From an uncultured Alphaproteobacteria bacterium (lineage in GTDB: Bacteria > Pseudomonadota > Alphaproteobacteria > UBA7985), in contig CAJQLX010000014.1 of assembly GCA_905479265.1 (NCBI GenBank), positions 9,082 to 73,081 on the forward strand: a DNA stretch of 64,000 nucleotides, written 5' to 3'. This document shows, one piece after another, positions 26,232 through 36,488 of the stretch. Position 1 is the stretch's first letter, and every line of letters begins with the position of its first letter. A program made the translations under genes and the position numbers. The notes below the pieces were generated by a model that was not told where the DNA came from, made no database searches, and saw only the letters and a program-made list of their open reading frames with translations.

Positions 26232-27586
26232 TTTCCATGACATTACTGGGCATCGTTGGCCTGCTCGTTCTATTTGTGCTTCTGGCTCTGCGCATGCCCG
26301 TGGCGCTGTCAATGCTGGGTGTCGGCTTTGTGGGGACGATTATAGCCAACGCCAATAAGTTCATCGCAATTGGCATGAGCAGCGAACAGGCTTGGGGCCG
26401 GGGTTGGAAGATCGCGTTCTCCAACATCGCGGGCGAAACCTTTGAAGCGGCCTCTAACTACAATCTGCTGGTGATCCCCATGTTTGTCCTCATGGGCAAC
26501 TTGGCCGGGGTATCGGGTCTGTCGTCCGATTTGTTCAACACCGCCTATCGATGGCTAGGACATCTCAGGGGCGGCTTGGCGTCGGCAACCATCGCAGCCT
26601 GCGCAGGCTTTGCGGCGCTGTCTGGCTCATCCTTGGCATCAGCGGTTACCATGGGCCGCGTGGCCTTGCCGCAAATGAAGAAGCACAAGTACGAAGACGG
26701 CCTTGCTACCGGTTCCGTCGCAGCGGGCGGAACCCTTGGGTTCCTCATTCCCCCTTCCGGCGGGATGATCATTTACGCCATTCTGACCGAGCAATCGATT
26801 GGCCGTCTGTTTATGGCCGGGATCATTCCCGGGATCCTGCTGACGCTGCTGTTTATTGGTGCGATTTATCTCGTCGTTGCGCGACGTCCGGAAAGCGGAC
26901 CGCCGGGCGAGAAATCCACGTTAAAAGAGCGGATGGTGTCCCTGCGCCTGGCCTTACCCATCGTCGCGGTGGTGATCATCACCATTGGCGGGATGTACAC
27001 CGGCTTTTTCACGCCAGTCGAAGCATCCGCCGTCGGCGCCTTCCTGACCTTTGTGGTCGCCTTGGCCCGACGCTCGCTGAGCTGGGCCAAAATGCGGACC
27101 GTGGTGCTGGACACCATGAGCGCGACGGCCACCGTGTTCCTGATCATCATCGGTGCTTTTGTCTTCATCCCTTTCATGTCCCTTACAGAACTGCCGGCTC
27201 AGATCGTCACCATCCTGACATCCCTGCCCGTTGGCAGCTTAGGCATTCTGCTGATTATCATCTTGATCTACATGTTCCTGGGCATGTTCCTTGAAGGTAT
27301 CGCCATGCTGGTTTTGACCATTCCAGTGGTGATCCCAATCGCCATGGGCATGGGCTGGGATCTGGTTTGGTTCGGCATCATCGTTGTGGTGGTGTTAGAG
27401 ATGGGGATGATAAGTCCGCCCGTGGGGATCAACGTCTTTGTGGTCAAATCGATTGCCCCAGACGTACCAATGGGAACGATCTTCCGAGGCATCTGGCCGT
27501 TCTGGTTCGCTATGGCGTTTTTGCTGGTCCTACTGGTCGCCTTCCCACAAATCGCACTGTTCCTACCCCAAGCATTAGTAGGCTGA
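26228..27586 (+). CDS. dctM: TRAP transporter large permease (DctM family)
   Basis: Start at MISMTLLGIV (ATG 26228) overlaps the dctQ stop (ATGA). Polytopic membrane protein. Confidence 0.9.
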   Translation: MISMTLLGIVGLLVLFVLLALRMPVALSMLGVGFVGTIIANANKFIAIGMSSEQAWGRGWKIAFSNIAGETFEAASNYNLLVIPMFVLMGNLAGVSGLSSDLFNTAYRWLGHLRGGLASATIAACAGFAALSGSSLASAVTMGRVALPQMKKHKYEDGLATGSVAAGGTLGFLIPPSGGMIIYAILTEQSIGRLFMAGIIPGILLTLLFIGAIYLVVARRPESGPPGEKSTLKERMVSLRLALPIVAVVIITIGGMYTGFFTPVEASAVGAFLTFVVALARRSLSWAKMRTVVLDTMSATATVFLIIIGAFVFIPFMSLTELPAQIVTILTSLPVGSLGILLIIILIYMFLGMFLEGIAMLVLTIPVVIPIAMGMGWDLVWFGIIVVVVLEMGMISPPVGINVFVVKSIAPDVPMGTIFRGIWPFWFAMAFLLVLLVAFPQIALFLPQALVG

Positions 27587-27639
27587 CGCCGACGCCTCAG
27601 ACTGTTTCCAAACGCAACCTGTCCTAGGAGGATAAAGGC

Positions 27640-28821
27640 ATGGCCAGCATCGGTACTGACTTGATCTCGCAGAGTACTAAGCCCGCTTTCTTCAAAGTCG
27701 CCAACGGCGAAGACCTGGGCATAGCCCCGCCAACAAACCGGCTTGGTGACGCGGTACGAACCTCTGTACGATCGTTGAGCGGGTTTCAGAAAGAAGCCTT
27801 GGTCAGCTCGGCCTTCAGCGGTGACACGTGGCGTTTCGTTAGCGACGAAGGCGCCTACCTCAACGGCTATGATGCCGCGTGCTGCCCGCTGGCCTTTCTC
27901 TCCTGTGGGATGGCGGCTAGCTACATGAATGAGATCAGGGCGCTTGCGGCGCTGCGAGGCATCACCATCCGCAGCCTGAAACTTACGCTCGACAACTATT
28001 ACACTATGAAGGGATCCATGCCGAAGCGGACGATGGTCGGCGGCGCGGAAAACCCAGAGCTACAGGTCGACATTGATTGCGACCTTGATGATGCTGCGCT
28101 GAACCAATTCCTGCTTGATGCGACCTTTGCATCGCCGCTGAATGGATTGATGCGCGGACAGGTAAAAAGCCTGTTCAAACTAGCAAAAAACGGCGTACCG
28201 TTGCAGCCACGCAAGGCGCACGAGCTGAATGGCTTACACCTGCCGGATCCGGGCGTTCTGTTCGAGCCCGCAACCGCCGCACCTTCCGATTTCACCTTTC
28301 TGGGCAAGGTCGGGCCGACGCCAAAGAAGGCCGTGGCCGACGGTACTACGGCGCAAGCCTCCTCGCTCAGTGATGAGCAAAACCGGCGCTTGAACATCGG
28401 TGCCATTGCCACCCTGCGCGATGATGGAATCTTGAGCATCCAACAGATGCAGTACTCGCCCTGGGGAACATCGTTCGAGCTGCTCAGCGCCGAAGACGGT
28501 CAGGCACCCAGCGCCAACGCGCTCATCAGCGCAGGCATCGGCTTTTGCTTCATGACCCAGTTCGGACGGTTTGTATCGATGCTGAAGCTCGATTTGCCAG
28601 ACTATCGGATCGTGCAGGACACGCACTTCAGTCTAGGCGGCGCTACAGGAAAAACGGGCAAGGCTGGCAGTGCCGATCCAGTTGAAACGCACGTGTTCCT
28701 GCAAACCTCGGAATCGGACGACACCGCCAAGGACATGCTGGATATCGCCGAGCAAACCTGCTTCTTGCATGCCTTCTGCGGGACTGATCTGAAGACGAAG
28801 CTGCGCGTTAAGCGGGTCTAG
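27640..28821 (+). CDS. tandem OsmC/Ohr-like two-domain fusion protein, function unknown
   Basis: AGGAGG SD. Domain 1 has an FVSDEGAYLNGYDAACCPLAFLSCGMAAS-type core. Domain 2 has SANALISAGIGFCFMTQ and IAEQTCFLHAFC, which resembles the AExxCP motif of OsmC/Ohr. Confidence 0.6.
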   Translation: MASIGTDLISQSTKPAFFKVANGEDLGIAPPTNRLGDAVRTSVRSLSGFQKEALVSSAFSGDTWRFVSDEGAYLNGYDAACCPLAFLSCGMAASYMNEIRALAALRGITIRSLKLTLDNYYTMKGSMPKRTMVGGAENPELQVDIDCDLDDAALNQFLLDATFASPLNGLMRGQVKSLFKLAKNGVPLQPRKAHELNGLHLPDPGVLFEPATAAPSDFTFLGKVGPTPKKAVADGTTAQASSLSDEQNRRLNIGAIATLRDDGILSIQQMQYSPWGTSFELLSAEDGQAPSANALISAGIGFCFMTQFGRFVSMLKLDLPDYRIVQDTHFSLGGATGKTGKAGSADPVETHVFLQTSESDDTAKDMLDIAEQTCFLHAFCGTDLKTKLRVKRV

Positions 28822-28846
28822 CCCCGCCCGCGTCGGGCTTTAGCTG

Positions 28847-28985
28847 TTAGGCCACTGGATCTTCGCAGTAAAATGTCAGCTTGTTGCCGTCCGGGTCGCG
28901 CACGTACGCATAGTGCGTAGGGCTGTCAGCCAGACGGGGACCGGTCCAAATCGTTGGTGCCGATCATCAGATAACCAATCATCAT
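28847..28985 (-). pseudogene. relic of a VOC (glyoxalase/bleomycin-resistance) family gene with an internal deletion and frameshift
   Basis: GAGGAA SD followed by MMIGYLMIGTNDLDRSPSG*, a VOC-type N-terminus. A different frame reads ...YAYVRDPDGNKLTFYCEDPVA*, a VOC-type C-terminus. Only ~139 nt remain. Confidence 0.5.
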
Positions 28986-29066
28986 GCTCGTTCCTCTATG
29001 AATCATGATCCTTGCATAGTCACTTAGTCTCATGCGGAGACCAAGGACTAAGATATCGTTGCGCCG

Positions 29067-30200
29067 TCAGTCCTTGCGCGCCTTGACCGGTGGATTACCG
29101 GGCACCGGCTCACCGCGCAGCGCCCGGCTTGAGCGCATGTACTGCGGAGCAAAGGTTGCTTCGGCATCCAGAGCTTCGGCGGCATGCCAAGCCCAGCGAG
29201 GGTTGAACAGCATACCGCGGCCCAGCGCGACGATATCTGCCTGACCCGAGCGCAAAATAGCTTCCGCCTGCTTTGGTTCGGTAATCTGCCCCACGGCCAT
29301 CGTCGGTATCCCAACATCACGCCGAATCGTCGCGGCGAACCCGGTCTGATAGCCGGGGCCAGCCTCGATCTGCTGAGCGGGTGAGCTGCCGCCGCTGGAA
29401 ACATCGATGAAATCCGCGCCAGCTTCGTAAAGCGCCGCGGTGAAGCGGCTGGCTTCCTCAACCGTCCAGCTGGATCCCTCGACCCAGTCCGTTGCGGAAA
29501 TGCGCACGCCGAGTGCTTTGTTCCGGGGCCACGCCGCACGGACGGCAGCAAAGACCTCCAGCGGGAACCGCATTCGCCCCTCCAGCGCGCCACCATAGGC
29601 GTCGTTGCGCTGGTTGCTCAGGGGTGAGAGGAACTGGTGCAGCAAATACCCGTGTGCCATGTGGACCTCGACCACGTCAAAGCCGATCTCTTCAGCCCGG
29701 CGCGCAGCGGCAACGAAGTCATCGACGATCTTGGCCATGCCTGCTTCGTCCAGCGCGGTGGGCGTGTCGAAAGCATCACTGTAGGGCGCAGCAGAAGGCG
29801 CGACCGTCTGCCAGCCTCGCGGATCTGACGCCGGAATCGGCGCGCCGCCGTACCACGGCAAGTCCGTTGAGGCTTTGCGCCCTGCGTGGGCGAGCTGAAT
29901 GCCCATGGTGGTGTTGCCATAGTCCTTGCAGAACCCCAGCACCCGGGCGAGTGCATCCTGATTCGCATCTGACCACAGCCCCAAGCAGCCCGGCGATATC
30001 CGACCTTCGGGGCTAACGCCCGTCGCCTCGACCATCACCAAGCCTACCCCGCTCACCGCGAACTGGCCCAAGTGCATCAGGTGCCAGTCGGTTGCGCTGC
30101 CGTCATCGGCGCTATACTGGCACATGGGCGCAACCGCGATCCGGTTGCTCAGCTCAATGCCGCCCAAAGTGATTGGCGAAAACAGACGTGAAGACCGCAT
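29067..30200 (-). CDS. NADH:flavin oxidoreductase (Old Yellow Enzyme family, YqjM/NamA-like)
   Basis: N-terminus LFSPITLGGIELSNRIAVAPMCQYSA and a full-length TIM-barrel flavoenzyme pattern. Confidence 0.85.
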   Translation of the reverse strand: MRSSRLFSPITLGGIELSNRIAVAPMCQYSADDGSATDWHLMHLGQFAVSGVGLVMVEATGVSPEGRISPGCLGLWSDANQDALARVLGFCKDYGNTTMGIQLAHAGRKASTDLPWYGGAPIPASDPRGWQTVAPSAAPYSDAFDTPTALDEAGMAKIVDDFVAAARRAEEIGFDVVEVHMAHGYLLHQFLSPLSNQRNDAYGGALEGRMRFPLEVFAAVRAAWPRNKALGVRISATDWVEGSSWTVEEASRFTAALYEAGADFIDVSSGGSSPAQQIEAGPGYQTGFAATIRRDVGIPTMAVGQITEPKQAEAILRSGQADIVALGRGMLFNPRWAWHAAEALDAEATFAPQYMRSSRALRGEPVPGNPPVKARKD

Positions 30201-30460
30201 GGTAGAAAATCCCTATCGAAGTGACGTGTCCGCTGAATCAGGCTGGTGGTGCAATCGCGCCAACTCAGTCTTGCCTTTAAGGTGCGTCAAATTCTGACGA
30301 GGACAACGGCAGATCAAGGGGCACAGCGAACGTGGGCGCTGTGCGTCGCGAAAGTGAGCCACAGGACGAGACCAGGCGTCCGCTCAATTTGGGCGGTGCC
30401 GGTGTCTGTTCGTATTTTTATCAGGGGTATTCAGGCCGCTTCGCCACCTCCCGAAGGAGG

Positions 30461-30536
<76 letters not shown>

Positions 30537-30751
30537 GCAGCGAAAAATCGACTGCAGCACTTGCGTGCCACCCTAGGACTGGCGTGTATCTAACCCGGTC
30601 TTCGAAGCGGCGCAAGAGACTTCTCATGCGCTTGTGTCGCGGGTGGTAGACGGGTTTAACTTGGCTCCGCCTTTTGCGCGGTCTATTCAACAGACCAATA
30701 TGGTTTAGCCTGCGCAAAGACCTTAATTCGCCCGTCCGGAGGGATAGTATA

Positions 30752-32923
30752 ATGAGCACCCAAATTTCGCTTTCAGGCCTCAAAGTTGATTCTGCGTTGG
30801 CCGCGTTTATCAATCAAGACGCTCTGCCCGGCACGGGTGTCAGTGAGTCTCAATTCTGGGACGGGCTGGCTGGTATCGTGAATGATCTGACCGACCAGAA
30901 TCTCGCTCTGCTGCAAAAGCGCGCCGATATCCAAGCACAGATGGATGACTACCACCGCGCCAATCCCGGCCCCATTGCGGATATGGCAAAGTATAAAGAG
31001 TTTCTCAGCTCCATCGGTTATTTGGTCGAACCCGGCCCAGACTTCGCCATCCAGACCGCAAATGTCGATCCCGAGATCGCATCGATCGCAGGCGCGCAGC
31101 TGGTGGTGCCCGTGATGAACGCCCGCTACGCGCTCAATGCCGCCAATGCGCGCTGGGGCTCACTGTACGACGCCCTCTACGGTACCGACGCCATTGCCGA
31201 AGACGGCGGCGCAGAACGTGGTGGTGCCTATAATGAAGTGCGTGGCAACCGCGTGATCGCCAAAGCGCGCGCTGTGTTGGATGACGCAGCACCGCTGGCC
31301 GCGGGCGCGTCTTTTGCCAACGCGACGGGCTTTGCTGTGACCGCTGGCGCGCTGGAGGTTGCTCTCGACGATGGTTCAAGCGCTGGTTTGGCGGAGCCGT
31401 CTCAGTTTGCAGGCTTCATGGGCGCAGCAGATGCGCCAACCGCCATTTTGCTCAAGAACAACAACCTGCACCTCGAAATCCAGATCGACGGCGCGCATCC
31501 CATCGGCAAGACCGACCGGGCGCATGTCAAGGACGTGCTGGTCGAAAGCGCAATCTCGACCATCATGGACTGCGAAGACTCCGTGGCTGCCGTGGACGCC
31601 GAAGACAAGATCGTGGCCTACACGAACTGGCTGGGTCTGATGCGGGGCGATTTGTCGGAGAGCTTCGACAAGGGCGGCCGCCTGATCACCCGCGCGCTGA
31701 ACCCCGATCGCGACTATACCGCGCCCGATGGGTCTACGACGCGGCTCAAAGGGCGCTCGCTGATGCTGGTTCGGAATGTGGGGCACCTGATGTCCAATCC
31801 GGCCATTCATGATGCTCAAGGGCGTGAGATCCAAGAAGGCATCATGGACGCGATGGTCACCACCCTGTGCGCCATGCACGACCTGAAGCGCGACAGCGGC
31901 AACTCCCTGCACGGCTCTATCTACATTGTGAAGCCAAAGATGCATGGTCCGGAGGAGGTCGCCTTCGCTGATGCGTTGTTTGGCCGTGTTGAGGATGCGC
32001 TCGGGTTGCCGCGCTACACCATGAAAATGGGCATCATGGACGAAGAACGCCGCACCACGGTGAACCTCAAGTCCTGCATTCGTGCCGCACAGCATCGGGT
32101 TGCGTTCATCAACACGGGCTTTTTGGACCGCACAGGCGACGAAATGCACACGGCGATGGAAGCCGGGCCAATGATCCGCAAGGTGGAGATGAAGGGCTCA
32201 GGCTGGCTCGCAGCCTATGAAGACTGGAACGTGGATACCGGCCTCGCCTGCGGTCTGCGCGGCAAAGCACAGATCGGCAAGGGCATGTGGGCCATGCCAG
32301 ACCTGATGGCTGCGATGATGGAGCAAAAGGTTGGCCACCCGAAAGCCGGAGCGAATACCGCATGGGTGCCCTCGCCCACCGCTGCCACGCTGCACGCGCT
32401 GCATTACCATCAAGTGTCGGTCTTCGATCGTCAGGATGAATTGGTTGCTGGCGGCCCGCGGGCAAAGGTGGAAGACATCCTGCGCATTCCGGTGGCCGAG
32501 GGCCAGAACTGGTCGCCCGAGGATATTCAGAACGAGCTGGACAATAACGCGCAGGGCATTTTGGGCTATGTGGTGCGCTGGGTTGATCACGGTGTTGGCT
32601 GTTCCAAGGTTCCGGACATCAACAACGTGGGCCTGATGGAAGACCGCGCAACCTGCCGGATTTCCTCGCAGCACATGGCCAATTGGCTGCACCACGGCAT
32701 CGCGTCTGAGGCTGAAGTGATGGCATCCCTGCAAAAGATGGCAGCGGTTGTGGATGGTCAGAACGCGCACGATCCGCTCTATCAGGCGATGGCGACGGAT
32801 TTCGATGGCTCCATCGCGTTTCAAGCGGCCTGTGACTTGGTGTTCAAGGGTCGTGAGCAGCCGTCTGGCTATACCGAACCCGTCCTCCACACGCGTCGTT
32901 TGGAGCTCAAAGCCGCCCGCTAG
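30752..32923 (+). CDS. glcB: malate synthase G
   Basis: ~724 aa from [13 protein letters not shown] (ATG 30752), with a typical GlcB sequence throughout. Confidence 0.95.
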   Translation: MSTQISLSGLKVDSALAAFINQDALPGTGVSESQFWDGLAGIVNDLTDQNLALLQKRADIQAQMDDYHRANPGPIADMAKYKEFLSSIGYLVEPGPDFAIQTANVDPEIASIAGAQLVVPVMNARYALNAANARWGSLYDALYGTDAIAEDGGAERGGAYNEVRGNRVIAKARAVLDDAAPLAAGASFANATGFAVTAGALEVALDDGSSAGLAEPSQFAGFMGAADAPTAILLKNNNLHLEIQIDGAHPIGKTDRAHVKDVLVESAISTIMDCEDSVAAVDAEDKIVAYTNWLGLMRGDLSESFDKGGRLITRALNPDRDYTAPDGSTTRLKGRSLMLVRNVGHLMSNPAIHDAQGREIQEGIMDAMVTTLCAMHDLKRDSGNSLHGSIYIVKPKMHGPEEVAFADALFGRVEDALGLPRYTMKMGIMDEERRTTVNLKSCIRAAQHRVAFINTGFLDRTGDEMHTAMEAGPMIRKVEMKGSGWLAAYEDWNVDTGLACGLRGKAQIGKGMWAMPDLMAAMMEQKVGHPKAGANTAWVPSPTAATLHALHYHQVSVFDRQDELVAGGPRAKVEDILRIPVAEGQNWSPEDIQNELDNNAQGILGYVVRWVDHGVGCSKVPDINNVGLMEDRATCRISSQHMANWLHHGIASEAEVMASLQKMAAVVDGQNAHDPLYQAMATDFDGSIAFQAACDLVFKGREQPSGYTEPVLHTRRLELKAAR

Positions 32924-32937
32924 CGCGCAGCAGCGGA

Positions 32938-32990
32938 GTCCCCCTTGTTTAAGGGGGACCAACGCCCCCCTCAAAGGGGCGTTGAGGGGG
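32938..32990. terminator. cluster of G5/C5 stem-loops between convergent glcB and rlmI
   Basis: Hairpin 1 is GTCCCCCTT-GTTT-AAGGGGGAC (32938-32959). It is followed by CAACGCCCC/GGGGCGTTG or, mutually exclusive, CCCCCTCAA/TTGAGGGGG (32960-32990). There is no clear U-tract. Confidence 0.45.
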
Positions 32991-33101
32991 TAAGACGGAG
33001 GCGACAGCCGACCGGCGGCGCAGCCGACGACCTGCTTGCGCGTGACGTTTTCGTAACCCGCGCAGCGGGTTAGAAAACGGCGCGCCACCCCCATTCAAGG
33101 G

Positions 33102-34301
33102 CTATTCGATCTCGATGGCCAAGCCCTTAAGATACGCGCCTTCACCGAAGCCAAAATCGGTCACGTGATCCGTCGCCGCCGCAAGGCGCTTGAGGATCCG
33201 CCCCCGGCGGTGGTTGTCGGACAAGGCCAGCGTCACCGATTTCTGGAACGCTTCTGGCGTCACGGCACCAGAGCACGAGAACGTCAGCATCACACCGCCC
33301 GGCGCCACCAATGGGATCCCGGCCCGCGCCAGCTTGCGATAGGCATGCAGCGCCCGCTCCACATGCGCGCCGGCTGACGCGAACTTGGGCGGATCAAGGA
33401 TCACGAGATCAAACACCCGCCCCTCATCGCGCAAGCTGTCCAAAGCCTTGAACACATCGCTGCACCAATGAGTAAATCGCTCGTCTTCCCCCAGACTGTT
33501 GCGCGCGAAATTCGCCGCAGACAAATCCAGCGCCGGTTGCGAGCTATCCACCGACACAACCTCCTTTGCGCCACCCAGCGCCGCTTGCACTGAGAACCCG
33601 CCGGTGTAGGAAAAGCAGTTCAGCACCCGTGCATCGCTTGACCATTCCCGCACCAAAGCGCGGTTCTCTGCTTGATCGAGGTAAAAGCCGGTTTTGTGGC
33701 CTTGAACCACGTCCACGCCGAACACCGCACCGAACTCGGTGATCTCGATGTCGGCATCCACAGCCTCGCCGCGGACCCACCCCACACGCTTGTCCAAGCC
33801 TTCCTTGCCGCGGTTGTCGCTGTCTGACCGCTCATAGATCCCGCGGGGGGACAAGGCGGCTTCCAGGGCGTTCAGAATCGTCTCCCGCCAGTATTCCATG
33901 GGGGAGCTGTTAATCTGCACCACCAAAACATCGGCAAAGCGATCCACCACCAATCCCGGCAACCGGTCGCCCTCAGCGTTGATTACCCGGCAGGCACCTT
34001 GGGGGTCCATCCGACCAATTTTCTCCCGCACCCCAATGGCGGAGCGAATACGGCGCTCAAAGAAAGCCGCATCGACCTCTTCACCTTCGTTCAGCGTCCA
34101 GACCCGGGCGCGCAGTTGGCTCTTGGGGGAATAGCCCACCTTGGCCACCCACCGACCGTCATAGGTGACGACGTCAGCGGTCCAGCCGGGCTGGGGACTG
34201 TCCTCGACACGCTCGATCGCGCTGGCGAAAATCCACGGGTGACCGTGACGAATATGCTTTTCCTTGCCGCCCTTGAGGACAAGTTTCGGGTTCAGGGGCA
34301 T
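33102..34301 (-). CDS. rlmI: class I SAM-dependent 23S rRNA m5C methyltransferase (RlmI family)
   Basis: N-terminal PUA-like segment (KGGKEKHIRHGHPWIF) plus a methyltransferase domain (VLNCFSYTGGFS, DPPKF). Confidence 0.8.
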   Translation of the reverse strand: MPLNPKLVLKGGKEKHIRHGHPWIFASAIERVEDSPQPGWTADVVTYDGRWVAKVGYSPKSQLRARVWTLNEGEEVDAAFFERRIRSAIGVREKIGRMDPQGACRVINAEGDRLPGLVVDRFADVLVVQINSSPMEYWRETILNALEAALSPRGIYERSDSDNRGKEGLDKRVGWVRGEAVDADIEITEFGAVFGVDVVQGHKTGFYLDQAENRALVREWSSDARVLNCFSYTGGFSVQAALGGAKEVVSVDSSQPALDLSAANFARNSLGEDERFTHWCSDVFKALDSLRDEGRVFDLVILDPPKFASAGAHVERALHAYRKLARAGIPLVAPGGVMLTFSCSGAVTPEAFQKSVTLALSDNHRRGRILKRLAAATDHVTDFGFGEGAYLKGLAIEIE

Positions 34302-34358
34302 GAACGCTCTCTGTTTTTATGGGGTTAGACGTCCTATCTACTCTGTATCAACCCTCAA

Positions 34359-36482
34359 GTGGAGCCGAACCACCGCATGTTTGACCTCAGCAAAGTCCCG
34401 ACCCCGCCCCGCGCCAAGAAAGTCCCCAGCAGCGAGAGCCACCACGGCCACACCCGCCACGACGACTACGGCTGGCTGCGGGTGGATAATTGGATGGACG
34501 TGATGGCGGATCCATCGGTTCTGGATCCAGAGGTCAAAGCCTACCTCGACGCCGAAAATGATTACACCAAAGCCGTCCTCGCCCCGACGGCCGATCTTCA
34601 GGAAGCGCTGTTCAGCGAAATCAAAGGCCGGATCAAAGAAGACGACCAATCCCCGCCAACCAAAGACGGCCCTTACGCCTATTACGTGCGATACCGCACC
34701 GGCGGGCAATACGCCATTGCCTGCCGCAAGGATCGCGACGACACGTCCGACGCCAGCGAGCAAATCCTGTTTGACGGCGACAAGGAAGCCAAAGACTTTG
34801 ACTACTTCCGCCTCGCCGGGACCAGCGTCAGTGACGACCACAGGCTGATGGCTTGGGCTGTCGATACCAAGGGCTCGGAGTTTTTCACCATCCGCGTGCG
34901 CGACTTGGCAACAGGGCAGGAGCTGCCAGACGCCGTCGAGCGCTCGGCTGGCGGCATCGCTTGGGCGCCCGATGCGCGCTCGTTCTTCTATACGTGGCAG
35001 GACGACAACCACCGCCCCTGCCGCGTCTACCAGCACTTTTTGGGACACCCACAGAGCGATGACGCGCTGATTTACGAAGAAATGGACCCCGGCTTCTTCA
35101 CCTCCGTCGGCAGCACCGCCGATGACCGCTTTTTGATCATCACGGCAAACGACCACGAAACGTCCGAAACATGGATTGCAGACTTCCACCAACCCGCCTT
35201 TGAGCTCAAATGCGTTGCCCCCCGCGAAACCGGTCATGAGTATGACCTCGAACGCGGCGGTGAGGGTTGGTTCATCCGCACCAACCAGGACGGCGCGGTC
35301 GATTTCCAGATCATGCGCGCAGACATCGGCAACGAAGAACGCGAGCATTGGCAGCCGTGGCAGGCACACGTTCCCGGCCGCTTGATCAAAGGCATGGACG
35401 GCTACAAAAACTTCTTCACCATCATTCAGGCGGAAAAGGCTCTGCCGACCATTGTTGTGCACAATTTGAGCGACGGCACATCCCACAGCATCTCCTTCGA
35501 CGAAGAAGCCTACGCCCTTGGCTTGCACGGCTCAGACGAATGGGAAACAACGGAAACCCGCTTTGGCTACGAAAGCCCCACGACCCCCGGCCAAGTCTTT
35601 GACTACGACATGGCCAGCCAAGCGCGCACGCTGATCAAAACCCAAGAAGTCCCCAGCGGCCACAGCATCGACGATTACGTCGTCCACCGGATCATGGCGC
35701 CCTCCCACGATGGCGTGCACGTTCCGGTGACCGTGATGCACCACCGCGACACCCCGCTGGATGGAACCGCACCGCTGTATCTGTACGGCTATGGCTCCTA
35801 CGGCATGTCCATGCCAGCGAGCTTTTCGATCAAACGCTTGTCTTTGGCAGATCGCGGCATGATCACCGCCACCGCCCACGTGCGCGGGGGGGCCGATATG
35901 GGCTACGGCTGGTATCTGGATGGTAAGATGGAGAAAAAGACCAACACCTTCATCGACTTTATCGCCGCGCGCGATGCACTGGTGGACCGGGGCTGGGTCG
36001 ATGGCACGCGTGTTGGCGCCGAAGGCGGTTCCGCAGGCGGCATGCTCATGGGCGCAATCGCAAACATGGCGCCAGAGAAATTTGCCTCCATCATCGGCGC
36101 GGTGCCGTTTGTCGATGTCCTTGCCACCATGCTCGACGAAACCCTGCCGTTAACCCCACCGGAATGGCCCGAATGGGGCAATCCCTTGGCGGACAAGGAA
36201 GCCTACGAGCGCCTTGCCAGCTATTCCCCCATCGACCGTGTGGAGGCCAAAGCCTACCCCGCCATTCTCGCCACCGGTGGCCTCACAGACCCCCGCGTTA
36301 CCTATTGGGAGCCCGCCAAGTGGGTCGCGACCCTGCGCGAACGGCGAACAGACAACGGCCTGACGCTAATGCACATGAACATGGGCGCAGGCCACGGCGG
36401 TGCTTCGGGGCGTTTTGACAGCCTGCGCGAGGACGCCCGCGATTGGGCCTTCATGCTCTGGGTGCTGGGCATCAAGGAGTAG
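34359..36482 (+). CDS. ptrB: S9 family serine peptidase, oligopeptidase B (protease II)
   Basis: Beta-propeller N-terminal domain and a catalytic domain containing GGSAGGML. Confidence 0.85.
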   Translation: MEPNHRMFDLSKVPTPPRAKKVPSSESHHGHTRHDDYGWLRVDNWMDVMADPSVLDPEVKAYLDAENDYTKAVLAPTADLQEALFSEIKGRIKEDDQSPPTKDGPYAYYVRYRTGGQYAIACRKDRDDTSDASEQILFDGDKEAKDFDYFRLAGTSVSDDHRLMAWAVDTKGSEFFTIRVRDLATGQELPDAVERSAGGIAWAPDARSFFYTWQDDNHRPCRVYQHFLGHPQSDDALIYEEMDPGFFTSVGSTADDRFLIITANDHETSETWIADFHQPAFELKCVAPRETGHEYDLERGGEGWFIRTNQDGAVDFQIMRADIGNEEREHWQPWQAHVPGRLIKGMDGYKNFFTIIQAEKALPTIVVHNLSDGTSHSISFDEEAYALGLHGSDEWETTETRFGYESPTTPGQVFDYDMASQARTLIKTQEVPSGHSIDDYVVHRIMAPSHDGVHVPVTVMHHRDTPLDGTAPLYLYGYGSYGMSMPASFSIKRLSLADRGMITATAHVRGGADMGYGWYLDGKMEKKTNTFIDFIAARDALVDRGWVDGTRVGAEGGSAGGMLMGAIANMAPEKFASIIGAVPFVDVLATMLDETLPLTPPEWPEWGNPLADKEAYERLASYSPIDRVEAKAYPAILATGGLTDPRVTYWEPAKWVATLRERRTDNGLTLMHMNMGAGHGGASGRFDSLREDARDWAFMLWVLGIKE

Positions 36483-36488
36483 CGGCTT

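Noticed and set aside
30540-30751. Looked for a glycine riboswitch upstream of malate synthase G, as occurs in SAR11.
   Set aside because: The glcB leader contains no GGAGAG / CCGAAGGAGCAA / CUCAGGCA core elements.
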